A DNA stretch of 60,344 nt. Origin: Chromera velia (taxonomy: Eukaryota). A model generated the notes under the pieces. The model was not told the DNA's origin and searched no databases. It was given only the letters and a program-made list of their open reading frames with translations. A program made the position numbers and the translations under genes. The stretch covers positions 1-60,344 of the forward strand of contig JAHBMJ010000006.1 of the NCBI GenBank assembly GCA_018398765.1, written 5' to 3'. Of this stretch, positions 1 to 14,086 are shown one piece after another (position 1 is the stretch's first letter; every line of letters begins with the position of its first letter).

Positions 1-157
1 CCCCCCCCCCCACACAAATACACACCGACACTCTTCCTCTCTTCCCCGATCGGCCGAAGAACGGACGCTCGGTTGAAGACCCACTCAACTGAGGTGAAAT
101 TAAAGACCAACGCCACCATGAAGAGAGAAACAACCAGAGTACGCAGAATCACACACA

Positions 158-208
<51 letters not shown>

Positions 209-267
209 GAAAGAAGGACATGCTCCTTGAAGGTTTCAACAACTCTTTCACACTCTCTCTCACTTCC

Positions 268-2031
268 TCACTCCCCCCCATGGCCATTCGACGCCTTGGG
301 GTACAGCTGCGTCCCTGCCCCTCTCACACTTGACTGATAGTTGTATCTCTTTCCCTCACCCCCCGCCCCAGTCTCTAGTCCCCCCCTCACACCTCTCGAA
401 GGAAACGAACTGAGCTGCCCCCGATGCCCCCCACCCCCACCCCCTCCAGAGGGCACAGGCATACTGGGATCGCTGTGCTTCCCCCCCCGGGCACTCTCAC
501 CGTCTCCCTCGACAGCCGCGCTCCTCCCCCCCCCTGCAGCCACGGGCATACGCCCAGAAGAGCCCATCTGACGAACATTTCCTCCCACCAACGGTCGAAA
601 AGACACAGGAACCCCAACCTGTGAACGGGCAACACCGTGAGTGGGCCGCCCCCCAGCCGCCCTGGCTGCCGGGGTCACACCGGGCCGCACGCCGGATCCA
701 GGAGGGAGCATCTGAGACAGGTTCGCCATCGCTCTCTGTCTCTGCGTCGGCTGTTGCTGCTGCGGGGGCTGTTGGTCTCTTGTGCTGTTTTGCACTGACG
801 GCCCCCCAGCCTGTCTGTTTGGGGGCGTCTGGGGGGGGGGACCTGAGTTCCCTCCTCCTCCCTTGTCCGCAAAGAGAAGCATGGGATTCTGCCCGGGGTT
901 CTTGTAGAGATCTTGACAGAAGGATTTGAGGATCGTACTCAGGTACTGTCGCACAACGTCACACGCCTTCTTCTGCAAGAGAAAAAAAAGGCATGACAAA
1001 GAAAAGGGAGGTTCCCAGGAAGAAAAATTCAGGCCTGCATTACTGACTCCAAACACTCACTTTCCCCTTGCAGCTAAAGGGTCTCTCCAAGAACGGTCGA
1101 TCAGACGAGCGAGAGAGGGGATGAACAGGCAGAAGTAGAAAAATGGCAAAATGTCAACCGACACCCTCTGAGGCCCCCTCGTTCTTTCTTTCCTGGAAAA
1201 AAACATGCAACGCAAACCCTCAAGATTCGAATGAAGAGGCACAAAAAAATTAGAGACACACAGACCCACCCACCCACCCACCGTGATTTCTCCCTGTCCA
1301 GGGGGGTTCTCTCTGTAGTCATCCTGCAGGCAGTCGATCAGGCGACTGACTAGTCACTCACTCACATCGGAAAGTCCAAGTCAGGAAGGAAGGAAACAGA
1401 ATGAGGAAAGTCTCAAAGAACGAAGAGGAGGAGAAATTAACTCCTGAGATAATCAGACAGACAGACTGTATGGTTTCTTTCCTTTTCCTGTCAGACATAC
1501 AGACAGACAGACTGGCTGAATGACTGACTGACTTTTACCTCGAGAAAAAGGCAACATCGTCACTGTCAAATGAGAAAGCAAACATCCGAATGGCACCTCT
1601 CGCTGACTTGCTGATTTGCTGACTGCCTGACTGACTGACAAGTTTCTGCCTCGAATTGGCGAGTTCCTGACTCATCTTGTCAAGCCGTGAGTGGAGCTGC
1701 ACACACAGACAGAGGACAGATACAGATGGAGAGAGAAGAAAGCAGAGGGAGATGAACCTCAAAAGGAGAAACGGATTGGGGGTTTTCACCCTGGTCATCT
1801 CTTCAGCAGACCCACTGACGGACTGACTGAAGACTTCAGAGATTCAAAAAGAAAGGGAAATTGAAGGAAACGAGGTCCCTCTCGTACTTCATCTCTCTGC
1901 CTCCCTGTGGGCGTCCAGTAGACAGGTGGGCACGAAGAACGGAGACAGACACGGAAATGTACAGACGCCCACACACCGACATACCCAGAGAGACAAACAG
2001 ACAAACAAACAGACGAACAAACAAATAAGCA

Positions 2032-2066
<35 letters not shown>

Positions 2067-2082
2067 GGGAAGAGAGAGAAAG

Positions 2083-2113
<31 letters not shown>

Positions 2114-2795
2114 GGGAGAGAGAGAGAGAAAGGAAGAAAGGACGAGAGTTAGAAACTAGTCTCGCCAAGAGCCCTCAAAGAAAGTGTCCACAACTCCCCT
2201 CCCCGTTTTGGACCTTCGCGATTTCATCTTCCAGCAGCCTTCCGTCCTTGGCGGTGCTCTGCGGAAAGAAGAAGGCGGACAAAGAGGGCGTAGGGAAGCA
2301 GCAAAACGAGAATCGACAAAAGAGATCTTTTCTCGACAGGAGTTTGCAGAGAAGGAGAAGAGGACTAGAACTGCCTGTGTTTGCAGAGGGAAAGAGGCGG
2401 ATGGATGGACGGACGATCGTGCAACCCACAAGGCGCTCCAATCCCTATGGGTAAGATTCATTCAGCTTATCTCATCCCAAATCTCGGCTGTGCGCGTTCA
2501 GGCGAATCTAACGAGCCGATGCCTTACTGAACGACCAAAACACACAGACAAGTGATGACGAAACACGACTGCCATGTAAGAAAGTGGAGGAGAACAGAAG
2601 GGAGCCTGCAGGCTGACCAGAGCCTCTTGCGCCTTCTCCATTTCGAGCAGTCTCGCTTCACTCGAGGCCTCCAGCGCAAGGAGCCGTTGCAGCTCCCGAT
2701 CGCATTTTTCCTCTTTACGCTGCCATCTCTCACAAATGAATGTACATTCAGGCGCAGGCACACAGACAAGAGGGGGAACAGTGTCTCCATACGCA

Positions 2796-2884
<89 letters not shown>

Positions 2885-4459
2885 TTTCATTCGATAAACA
2901 GTTTGTGTCTGAGCCTTTTCGTCCTCCTTCCATGTGACTCTTTGAGGCCTCATGACGTTATTTTTTGGCACTTTTTTGAGGACAAATCTCTATGGCAGAA
3001 ATGAAATGACGCTCCGACATTTTTTTTTTGTGCGTCGTCCACTTGATCTACCTCCTTTGTCCCGCGCCGGCCGGCCCTCTCTCTTTTATGATTTCCCTCT
3101 AGTCCTCCGTGTATCGTGCAGCCCTCCTGTGTGCCTCCCTCAACTTTGAGCGAGCACAAAAAGACTGTTCGCTTTTCTTTACTTGCTCACTCACTTGCTG
3201 ACCGACCGACTGACCTTCAACTGGTCTCTCACTTGATCCTTCATTTGCTGCACACACGAAAAGAAACCGAAAACAAAAGAAAGAAAAGGAAACAAGCAAA
3301 AACAGACCGACAAAGGGAGGGAGGTCGAGGAGATGTGACAAAAGACAGAAGAGAGAGATCTGCAAGCTGATGAAGTCACTGCTCATCGTACTGTGGCGGC
3401 TTTTCTGTTTCGGTCGTTTCCTCGCCCCCCATGTTTGTTCAACGGCAATCAGAGAAACAGGCATTCGATCATTCTTTTATCTTTTTGTCGGACTACCAAG
3501 TCGGAAGTAGGAACGGACACGCACGGGTGAAATCGATTTCAAGGCACTGGCATTGCAGGGGATAAGCAGGGGGCCCCCTCTGCCGGTTGGAGATCTTGAA
3601 CTCTTCTTTTGCCGTTTTTTCCTTCAGGTAATGCTCGCCTTGTTTCTAGTAACATCACTGTGCAAACCTGACCTCTAGGTCCTGTGTGACCTTCTCCTCC
3701 AGATGCTGCACGGCAAGGCAAAGGGACACATAAGAAAATGGAAGGGAAGGCAAGCACAGAAAGAGACTTGAAAGTGAATGCAGATGGTTCTCCATAGGAT
3801 GGATTGGAACGGACAGTCGCAGTCAGGCACTTTGAGGTGGCTCAGCTGAGTTGAATTGCTGTGCTTATGCGAAAAAGAAAGGCATGGAGTGAAGGCGGTG
3901 GGGTTGGATGCGGCAAGGAAGGGCAAGTTTGCACGTATGTGGAAAAATTGGAGAGAGACATTTGAATGAAATTTGTGTGTGTGCGTATGTGTTCTTTGCA
4001 CTTGCAAGGAGATAATTGAAGCGCTCTTATATAGTCGGTATGCATCTTCATTCTATAGAGCGTTCTCATGACCAGCGACGCAGAGAAGAACGGGAGAAGC
4101 AAGGGGGAGGTAAGGAGGGAGGGAGGGAGACGAGGTTCTGACTGACAGAGAGCTTCGTCTGGTAGAAGGAGACCACCTGAATTTCACGGATAGGTAAGAA
4201 GCATGCAAGAGAACACGAAGAGTGAGCAGCAAAACACAGATTACAATGAGACCATGTCTATCGACGGAAAGGAAAAGCGCGGATCGAGCCGGGAAGAAAG
4301 AACAAAGAGAAAGACGGAAGATATGAATGATGATCTTGTCCGACACCCACTCAAAAGCAAAGAGAAGAATGAGAACGTAAGAGTGGCACGCGGCGACAGG
4401 CCAGCGCGAGGGAAAATGGTGTCCTGTTGACTGACCGAGCTTCCCTGTCCGCCTTCCAT
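268..4459 (-). CDS. Multi-exon (micro-exon) coiled-coil protein with long Gly/Pro/Gln-rich C-terminal exon; function unknown
   Basis: ATG at 4459 (MEGGQGSS|gtcagt). Short AG/GT-bounded exons read VVSFYQTKLS, HLEEKVTQDLE, QMKDQ, RWQRKEEKCDRELQRLLALEASSEARLLEMEKAQEAL, STAKDGRLLEDEIAK, LHSRLDKMSQELANSRQKL, DDYRENPLDREKSR. Terminal exon ttgcag|KKACDVVRQYL... ends at stop 268 (ORF 268..1056). The full exon chain is not resolved. Confidence 0.55.
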
Positions 4460-5272
4460 CTTCGTCCCTCGATCGAAAAAGGAGAAGTCCCAACAGGAGA
4501 CGGACAACGCAACGCAGTTGGGAAATTCAGCGTGACAGAAATGAGAGAGTCAAAATCAATCAACAAATGGACCTGAAATTCCGAACTCAAAGTGCGAGCC
4601 TCAGTGCACCACGCAGTGCATGTTGGCTTCTTGATCGACGATAGTGCTTCACCTCCACGCGGTTTCAGACTTGACGTTGGTTCGAGGACATTCGAGGACT
4701 GGAGGCCAACGAAGGGATCGCGAATCATCGATCAACGCGATGCGCCGGGCTGTCCTTGCAATAACAATAACCCCCCCAATAACTGCATTGCATGGCGTGC
4801 ACCGGCCGCGATTCCACGCGCGGCCGGGTCGGACCCGCGGCCGCCCGGAGACTTTGCACGCTAGCTGTTGCAAGATCTCGTCTCAGTTGTCTTCTCGTGG
4901 CAGACTCGTGCCTGTTGTTCATCGCTTTCCTTTCGAGATCATTTGTGTCCAGTGATCAGGACTGCACGAGTGTATCTGACAGGAGCTACCCATATCGAAC
5001 CACTCCACTGTACACAGGCGGCATTGAATGCTCGATAGTGAACCAGCCTAGGACCCTGGCGATGGAGTGATGTGGCGTTGGAACGGCAAGCAGTCAGGAG
5101 AAAAGCAACTTGCAGGAATGACACCGCAGTCGCAAACAGCATCAACCTTGCTGTCCTTTGACTCTGCTTTGTTTACAGAAACTTCGAGGCTCAACTCGCG
5201 GCTTCGTTTGTGCAACAGCTTTCTTCTGCAACACTCTTTTAGTTGAAGTGTTGCTTGAATCATTCGTTCGCA

Positions 5273-8200
5273 ATGCTGTGTGTGCTTGCTTGGCTTTTTG
5301 CGTTCCTGTGGCCTTTCGTTGGCACACGGAGCGAACAGGCGACCACCTTCTTTGAAGACACGCCCGAAGATGCGGGAGCCGTTTTTGGAGCGTCGGATGG
5401 GTCTGTCTCTGTTGTCATGTCTATCCAGTCTGTCTCGGTACCTACCCAGAAGGAAGGAGAGTGGGTCGAGACACGAAGTGGAAATGGGAAGAGAACTCTG
5501 GGATCCTCTATAGACGAAGAGGATGAAGGGTTAATGGAGGAAACGATGAAGATCGTGAGGGAACAAAACTCAGCATCGGTCAGTGCAGTGACTAGCCAAT
5601 ATCAATGAGGGAAAATATCCATCGCTTCTTCTCGCTCCTTGTCCTCCGGTTTCTTCCTTCTAAGCCTCCAAGCAACCTCAATTTCCGGCCTGCCCACCTC
5701 ACTGCCCGGTTGGCTGACTACCACTCCGTCTACCTGTCTGATTGCTGTATCTTTCAGTTTCTCCGTTGGTGCGTACAGTCATGCCGGCACAATTGAGAGT
5801 GCAGAAGAAGAAAAGCCACCCGGTCTTTCGGTTTGAGCTATTTTGACGCAGTATTTGCCGGTCTTCTGTCTGGTCTTTGGTGGTCGGCCCAAGTATATGC
5901 AAGGCAGTGCGGCGCCTCGGCTTCCCCAAGCCTGCCTGCCTGCCTGCCTGCCTGACTCCCCTCTCTCCACTCGATGTTTGTATCTCTCTGTCCCATTCGC
6001 TGCTGATGCTAGACGGTCTTTGATGCGACAAGAAGAAAAGAGGAGAACGAAAAGGAAAGAAAAGAAAAGATCGCCAGCACTCAGACGCGATGCTGTTCAG
6101 CGCTCAGACATGTCCATCCTTGTCTTATTTTGCCGGTTCGTGTGCAGTTCCTCTTTCGTTCAAATACCCATTCTGCACTCTTTCTCAATTTCGATTGAGT
6201 CCCCAGAAAAGACAGTCTTGTGATCATTCTTCACCTTAATTGTTTTTCGCCATGTGTGTCATTCATTCATTCTACCAAGGTCCCACTGCTGCATGCAGTC
6301 TGGTTCCCCTCCCCAACAGCCCCCTCTCGTCCTGCCGCCCATCATGGACAAAGCCCTGCCCCCAACTAACGTCCTAAACTCCCAACCGAAAAAGGACCCC
6401 CGTGTGTGGGTGGCCGCCCACGACGGTAACCTGGCAGACTTAGAGCACTGGCTTTCGGTGGGCGCGCCCATAGAGGTCAGGGGGGGTCCCTTGAGAGTCA
6501 CCCCGATATGGACTGCCGCATGGAGGGGGCACGATCGGGTAGTGGGGGCCCTTGTGAATGCCGGGGCCGTTCGTGACTTTGCGAATGATGAGAACATCAC
6601 CCCCCTGTGGAGCTCCGCACAAGAGGGCCACACAAAAGTGGTGGAAGTTCTCTTAAAGGCGGGTGTAAATCCGAATATACAAAGGAAAGGTACGCTACAA
6701 ACCCCCCTTCACATCAGCAGTATGGCAGGCCATCTTGAGATCTCAGAAGCCCTTCTGAAAGCGGGGGCATGGATAGAAGCCAAAACCGACCAAGAAGCAA
6801 CCCCCCTATTCTTTGCAGCACAGGCAGGAAATGAAAGGATGGTCAGCATTCTTCTGAACAGAGGGGCGGTGGTTGACTCAAGAACCCACCTCCAAGTGAC
6901 CCCGCTGATGATTGCCTGTCTAGGCGGGCACTTGTCGGTTGTCAAGGCACTCATAAATGCTGGGGCCTCTATGAGTGCAAAGAATGTGAATGACTGGACG
7001 CCGCTGCACTTTGCGGCACACGACGGTCACTTGGAGATTGCACAGGCCTTGATTGAGCAGGGGGCAGATCCGTGGGTGGACAATGTGGATGGCAGTACAT
7101 CTGCGTGTCTCGCGTCTGCCAGAGGTCATACTGATGTGGCACACCTCCTGGAAGACGTGAAGATTGGGGGGAATAAAAACGGAAGTAGCAGGGAGGGGAA
7201 GACGGAAAAAGGGAAAAAGGGGGAAAAGAAAGAATTGAAAAAAGAAGCAAAGAAAGTCCAGAGCCGCAAAACGAAAATCATTGATGAGATGTACGAAGCA
7301 GAATGTCCTGAGGGAACAAAATGGAATGATGCCGAGACAGGCTGTGAGTTGGAGATGAGTCATGAAGACTCGTTGTATTCTGCTGTGTTCCACGGACACC
7401 TCGAGACTCTCCAAGTGATCCTCAAAAATGTAAAGCAGGGTCTAGAGGATCGACACGACACTCTCCAAATCACCCCTCTGTGGGTTGCCTCCATGCACGG
7501 CCACCTGGGTTGTGTGGATATTCTCCTCGATCACGGGGCTCAGATCGAGGCCCGGTCCAACCATGGGGCGACGCCCTTGTATGTGGCAACTCAGATGGGG
7601 CAGTTGAAGGTGGTAGAGAGACTCCTGGAGAGGGGGGCAAATCCTAGTGCCCAGACGGAAACCGGGCAGACGGCACTTCACCTCAGTGCGCATAAGAACT
7701 ATTTGGAGATTGTTGCTGCACTTATAAAGGGGGGGGCGGAGATTGAGGCACAGACTAATCAGCAAGCAACCCCCCTAGCATTTGCTTCCCAGATAGGCAA
7801 TGCTGACGCAGTAGAAAGACTTCTGAAGGCGGGGGCTGTGGTTGATCCAAAAACCCACGTTGCTGCTACCCCCTTACAGATTGCCTGCATGAATGGTCAC
7901 CCGAAAATTGTTGACCTTCTCATCAAAGCAGGAGCAGATATCAACGCTCAAGAGGCCACCCAATTGTTTACCCCCCTTATTTCTGCCTGTCAAGCAGGTC
8001 ATCTCGAAATTCTGAAGATGCTCCTGAAAGTAGGTGCAGACGCAGGCATCACAAGTGACTCCGGATCCTCGCCCCTTCATGAGGCATCCGAGAAGGGTCA
8101 TTTGACGATCGTCAAAGCGCTGTTGAAGTACGGGGCGCCGAAGGACGCGCGAACAAGAGGCCAAATGACCCCGATTCAACTGGCGGCCTCCAATGGTCAT

Positions 8201-8353
8201 AGGGCGATCATAGAAGCCCTCCGTGAAGCGGGAGCCGACCCAGGTCCCGTTGTCAGAGAAATGGAAAGAAAAATGCAAAGAGAAAGGGAAGAAGGCCGCA
8301 ATCATGGATCAGGGGGGTCTGCTCGGCAGCATTCGTCCAGAGGGCGACGGTGA
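5273..8353 (+). CDS. Ankyrin-repeat protein with predicted N-terminal signal peptide (exon 1 5273..5578, main exon 6299..8353)
   Basis: ORF 6254..8353 has many TPLH/TPLW...G(H/N)...LL..GA ankyrin repeats in two blocks. Upstream exon MLCVLAWLFAFLWPFVGTRS... ends at a phase-0 donor (gcatcg|gtcagt) compatible with the phase-0 acceptor atgcag|tct at 6299. Confidence 0.85.
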
Positions 8354-8434
8354 AGAAGAGAGAGCGTAGACGTACAGTACAATTATTATCTAAAATTTCA
8401 AATCCATATTTATTCTGTTAAAGTTTAAACTCTG

Positions 8435-8565
8435 AATTGATTGATTGATTGATTGATTGCATGATTGGTTGGTTGGTTGGTTGGTTGGTTGGTTGGTTGA
8501 TTGATTGATTGATTGATTGATTGCACGATTGATTGACTGATTGATTGATTGATTGACTGATTGAC

Positions 8566-8636
<71 letters not shown>

Positions 8637-8665
8637 CTGATTGATTGATTGATTGATTGATTGAA
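8435..8665. repeat. (ATTG)n microsatellite with embedded (GTTG)n tract
   Basis: Directly visible tetranucleotide array; shorter (ATTG)n tracts also lie near 8925, 11430 and 29750. Confidence 0.95.
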
Positions 8666-9202
8666 TCGTTTTGCACTTGCTGTCTTCTCGCTATGCATGT
8701 CTGTCCGTTCCCACAGCTAGCAAAACTTGACTTTCATTGGATTGATTGCTTGATTGATTTCTATTAGCGTTTGAACGTATCTCACAATAGCTATAGCACA
8801 ATAAAATAGGATATCGGATAGGATAAGATTGATTTTGATTGATAATATGATTTATTTGTTTAATAAAAATGATCGATAGTAAATATCATACAAAACTTTA
8901 TCAACTTACAATATTTATATATTCATTGATTGATTGATTGATTGATATGTATGCACATATCTCTAAAATAAATTAAAGTTTATAGCTAGGTTTATCTCTA
9001 AAAAAAAAAAAAAAAAACTGCAAAAACCCAGCAAAAACTCTTCTACAGCAGAAACCGAGCATATCAATTCTTCTCTCATTATTGAGAGCCTCCATTTGAG
9101 CCTTTTCTGACTGTGGCTCATTTCAGCCATCTTTTTGTCACTTCTCTCCTTCTCAGTCTCTTCTCTTTCTTTCCTTTGCGCTTAGAGGGCAGCAGTAAAA
9201 TC

Positions 9203-10730
9203 ATGGATGACGGTGGTAAGAAGCAATCTGATCCCCCGCCCCCTCCTAATACGCCTTTTGACGTCCAAGCAGCAAAGTCTCTCATTTTCGAGGCGGTGAA
9301 AGATATAAAGGGAGGGATCGAAAATCTTACTCAGGAATTTTCCAAAGTGTTCGTCTCCAAGGACGACTACTAAGCAGAACAGAAGAAGACCCACAATCTT
9401 ATCGAAAAAGGGAAGGACAACCTTCGCATCTGTGAGGTGAAGATATCTGAGGTGCAGATCTCTTTGTTGGAGTACTAGGTGGACAGGGAAAAGAAGCTTA
9501 AGCTTCATAAGAACAACTCCGAGGTGATCCATTGATTTAATTTTGAATTTCCCCCCCCCTGGAGCCGCACGCTTAGGCTGATAAAGAGAAAGCATTGGAG
9601 ATCGGAGCCCTGGATAAAGAGGGAGGATAGAGTAGGTTCAAACAGATGGGCTTTTCCCAACAGACGTACTCCTTCTCTCCTCTATCCCGCTTTCTCTCCG
9701 CGATGCAGGAAATTGTGGAGGAGGAGGTTGAGAAAAGCACTTTTCCCACCATCTCTACGATCCCAGAGAAATGGAACATTCTCCTATTCTCTATCATCTC
9801 GAGGTCCAATGTCAAGGGCAGGAGATATAGACTATTGGTGAAATCGAATTCGACCAGGAGCATCATCATTTTTTCTCCCACCTGTACGAAGCCTGCAGAG
9901 CGCAGATGAATGTCTCCGACAAGAGAGATCCCTTCCCCCTCTTCTCTCTATCTTGGGAGTCCACACCCAAGATCCGACTCTACACTGGGAGTTCCCTCCT
10001 CTACCGCCTCTTTGGTAAAGTGAAGAGAGCGGTGATAAATGTGGAGAGGGGGTATGGCATCGCGTCTACAGAAGACAAGCAGCTTGCCCAGTAGTTAGGA
10101 GGGGTGCGAAAGGACTTCCTGAAGGCTGGGGGGAGGGAGAAGAGAGCCGGATTGACTACTCGTCTCTTTGCATTCCACCTAGAGTGGACGACAACCGATA
10201 TGTTCTTCCGTTAAACTTTCTACTCTGAGGATGCCTATGAAATGCCGACGGACCCTTAGGCTAGGGAGCCCAGAGTAGTAGCTCTATCCGAGGTTGGAGA
10301 GGGAGGGAAGAGAAAGTCTGATCACAATTCATCCGGCACTATCGAACAAGAGCAGAAGCACTGATCCAAGCAGAGAGAGACTTTGGGGCTCAGTAGGCGC
10401 CATCTTGCGTTCATGGAAGCGATGGCAAGAGGCAGAGACGCCAGGGCAGGGGAAGGTTAGGCCGGGGAACCGCAGAGACAAACAGGAGGTGTGAGTGACG
10501 ATGATGAGGCTATAGGGAGTTCGGGAGAAGGGGACGGGGGGGTTCGTCGGCCCTTCCAACACTGAACATCCCCCAGGGGAGGAAGAGCAGTAGGACTCTT
10601 CCTCCCTGCAGACCTTCCAATCCTGCAGCATGGCAGTTTCGGGGGCTTCTGCCTGAACAAAAAGCTCCCACCCCTGAACAATCCCAACAACCCGGCGTCC
10701 TTCCCCTCCGGGCCTTTCCCCGTGTCACTT
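9203..10730 (+). pseudogene. Decayed ORF1-like region of a retroelement (coiled-coil N-terminus, many in-frame stops)
   Basis: MDDGGKKQSDPPPPPNTPFDVQAAKSLIFEAVKDIKGGIENLTQEF...DDY*AEQKKTHNLIEKGKDNLRICEVKISEVQISLLEY*; intronless and riddled with TAA/TAG. It follows a poly-A run and has a layout like the start of the element at 53892. Confidence 0.4.
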
Positions 10731-12367
10731 GAGGACTCTATTTACCCCCAACAAGTCGCATAAAAAGCTAAAAACTTGTCAAAAACTTGTTAAAAACCTA
10801 AATTTGAATCATTATGCAAAAAATATACGATCAATACACATCTGTGACAGGTTTGTTTAATGCAATCTAATGATCAAACGGTAAAGTGCACAGGCATTGG
10901 ATCATCTTTCTGCAGTAGACAGACGGAAAAATGCATGCACTTTCAGAAGAAACTGAAAAGCAGCAACACGGGCGTTGATAAAACAAATAATTTTTTTGAG
11001 CACTGCAGGGCATCAGAGGAGACTTGTCAGGGGGGGGATGACGGAATCGTGGAGGCGAAATGAAAATGTCAGACAATTTTAAAAAATTTTGGACCTCTAG
11101 TGCTTCAGAACCAGATGACATCTGGAGAGACCATTTGATAGCTTTTATGTGGCAACCATAGGGATCAAGATTGAGCACTTACGGCTTGTCCACCAGACCC
11201 CACTGAGATGAATGCCTAAAAAAGGCTTGATGGCACGCAAAGACCCCCCCCCCCCCNNNNNCCCCCCCCCCTTTAGAGCCTGTTTGCATACCATTGGCAC
11301 GCAAATGAACTTTTATATGGCCCCCATGCTAGGAATGGATCTTAAATGCAGTTTCCCCCCTATCGTTAAATGTTTATAGACAATAGAGATCTGTAGATCA
11401 TCTGACAAGACATCATATTATGCGGAACCTATCAATCAATCAATCAATTAATTATATATGTTAGAGTTCAAATTTGTAATCATGATTGATTCTTTAAAAA
11501 AAATCCTCAAAGTCTGTTACAGTGTTACTAGCAAATAATAACGTTTCATGTTTGAAGTTCACATTTCATAATTCGACTCCATGCAGGTTGAATTATTGAA
11601 TTAAAAACAAAACAAATCATCTCTGCCACGGATTCTTTCTTTTAAAGTTCTTTGCACTGTTACCCATGCATGCAATGCCATGCATGCAAAGCGATCGACA
11701 TGCAAAGTCAATCAGTGCATGTTGTGAGAGGATACTGGAGAGCCAAATTTCCATCCAGATTCCACACACACACACACACAGCGACTTCTTTGCTCGTTCA
11801 CTCATTTCCTTCGCTACTAATTCTTTCTTCTGATCTCTCTTCCTACGAAAATCGACCCGATCCTTTTGGCACGGCCGCTAGCTAAAGCAGAAAGAGAAAC
11901 CAGACAGAGAGACGGTATCAGTGAGTCAGTCATGCACAGCAGACTCAGGAGTCCTGTAGATCTTCTTCGAAACTCACAACAGACAGACTCCTTCCCTCCT
12001 TCAAGAAATAATCGAAAAAGAACTTTGAATTAAATGCAGATTGCCTCGACATCTCTGTCTGTCTGGTTTTGAATTCTCGTCAACCTCGTTTGTTTCTTTC
12101 TGTCGTGCAAGGGAAAGACAGAGCAAAGAGACGGCAAGACGCGAAGAAGAGAAAAGTGGAGGGAAACTTGAAGGAACAAGGGGGGTCAATCAGGAAACAA
12201 GAAAAGAAATGCCCCGTGTTCTTCTGTTGTTGGTCTTGAGGACATCCTGTAGCTTGGCTGTTTTTCTGTTCTGTTGCATAGTCTCTCATTGTTGGGACAG
12301 AAATTGGAGAGAGAGAAAGATGTATGCTGTCAGAAAGACAGCAAACGCCCCAACGGACGTGCGTTCG

Positions 12368-12411
<44 letters not shown>

Positions 12412-14086
12412 TAGGGGACTTGCAGCGCTACTCCCGGAAAAGGAAAAAAACAAACAGACCATCTGTCAGCACACGGCAGAGACAGACAGACAAGTAAGCT
12501 CTGTCTGATCTCTTTACACAGGCACAAGACAAGGAACAATGCACCCGATTCAAAAGGATTCATTCAAACATGCACGCACAACATGGCAATGACAGCACGA
12601 AGAGAAGAAAGAGAACGGTGATCGGTCAAAACCCAAGCAAGCACACGCAGACATGCAGAGGAGGAATGAATGAATAAAACTTGATCGACGGACTCAGGGC
12701 CCTCAAAGACCGACACACCTCCATCCAGGTCAAGAAGCAAAAGCACCGTTGATGACGCGGTCAACCGGCCTGCCCCTTCCTTCATGTGCTCACTCACACA
12801 CTTAACACGCATATCGATTCCAATCCAATTTAGTACTGACTGAAGGGAAGAACAAAAGAACGAACGAACGAAGGGACACACCCGAACAGTCCATCCCTCC
12901 CTCCCTTCCCAGACACACTCCAGACACACAAATAAGAGAGGGTTTCTTTCTTTCTGCCTTTCATCTCTTCAATTGACTGTATTGTGACTTTCAGACCTTC
13001 CCTTGATCATGCACAAAGTCCCTCCCAAACTTCGATCACGGTACCGTCAAACGACATCCTTTCTCTCTTTTCAAGTCGCAAACAGAGAGAGAAACCGTGC
13101 CGAGCTAACACGCACCGCCTCAACAGAGGGGAGGCCAGCTCATCACAGCCCCTCTAGCTCTTTCCATGCATCCATCCATCCTTCTTCTGTACACACTGAA
13201 GAACAGAGCAACAAGCAAGACAGACAAGACACATCAAATGAATGCGTCCACATCCGACGAAACAGATTGCCGTCATTTGTGCGCACCAGCACACGCAACA
13301 AACAAAACACACAGTAGGAGAGAAAGAAAGGCACTAGAGACACGCGCGTCTCACTCCTTAATTCTCCCACGTCTCTCTCTCTCTTTCTATGTACAGGAAA
13401 GAAGGAAAAGCACGACTGCATGCCAAGCCGCTGTCAGGCCCTCAAAAGGCTGGCTGGCTCCCTTCTATCGGCATCTCCTTCTCTCGTGCAAAATGGATAA
13501 ATGAATGAATGAGTGAAAACATTCTTTCTTTGTTTCTCTCTCCTTGCGCCCACTCAAACAGAATGCAGGCTGCAGACGGATGAATGGATAAATATTCACA
13601 GGAAGTAAATACAAAAGACTGAAGACGAAAATCAATTTTTTGTGCCTCTCCTCAAATCTCCAGACAGACTTTCCCCTTTGCAGAGCTCCCACAGCTCTCT
13701 TCACCTCGCGATGGTTTTTGTTTTGCCTCTTTTCCAGACTGAAGGATGAACGAGTCAGGCGATGTGAAGGCTCCGCTCTTCTCTTCTGTTCTCTTTTCTT
13801 CGTCTAGACCGAACAGCAGGGAAACCTGAAGGAAAAACAAGCAGCTAGCAGAAAGAAGACGCACCATGCATGCATGCACCCATCAATCAAAGCAGCGACG
13901 TGCCCTTTACCCAAGAAACCCTTTTTGTCTACTCCTCTTTTCTTCGTCCCCTTCTTTGCTTTGTTCCCATGAAAGAGAGATGACATGTCCAACCGACGAG
14001 AGCAAAAAGCAGTTGATCAAAGTCCAACCATCACCTCTCCCTACCCCTCCCCTTTTCTGTGTGCATTCTCCTCTCCACTTGATCCC

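Noticed and set aside
8390..8698. SINQ-repeat ORF and similar THTH/ERER/CVCV ORFs elsewhere
   Set aside because: These are translations of microsatellites.
11246..11272. Poly-C tract with NNNNN
   Set aside because: Assembly gap at a homopolymer.
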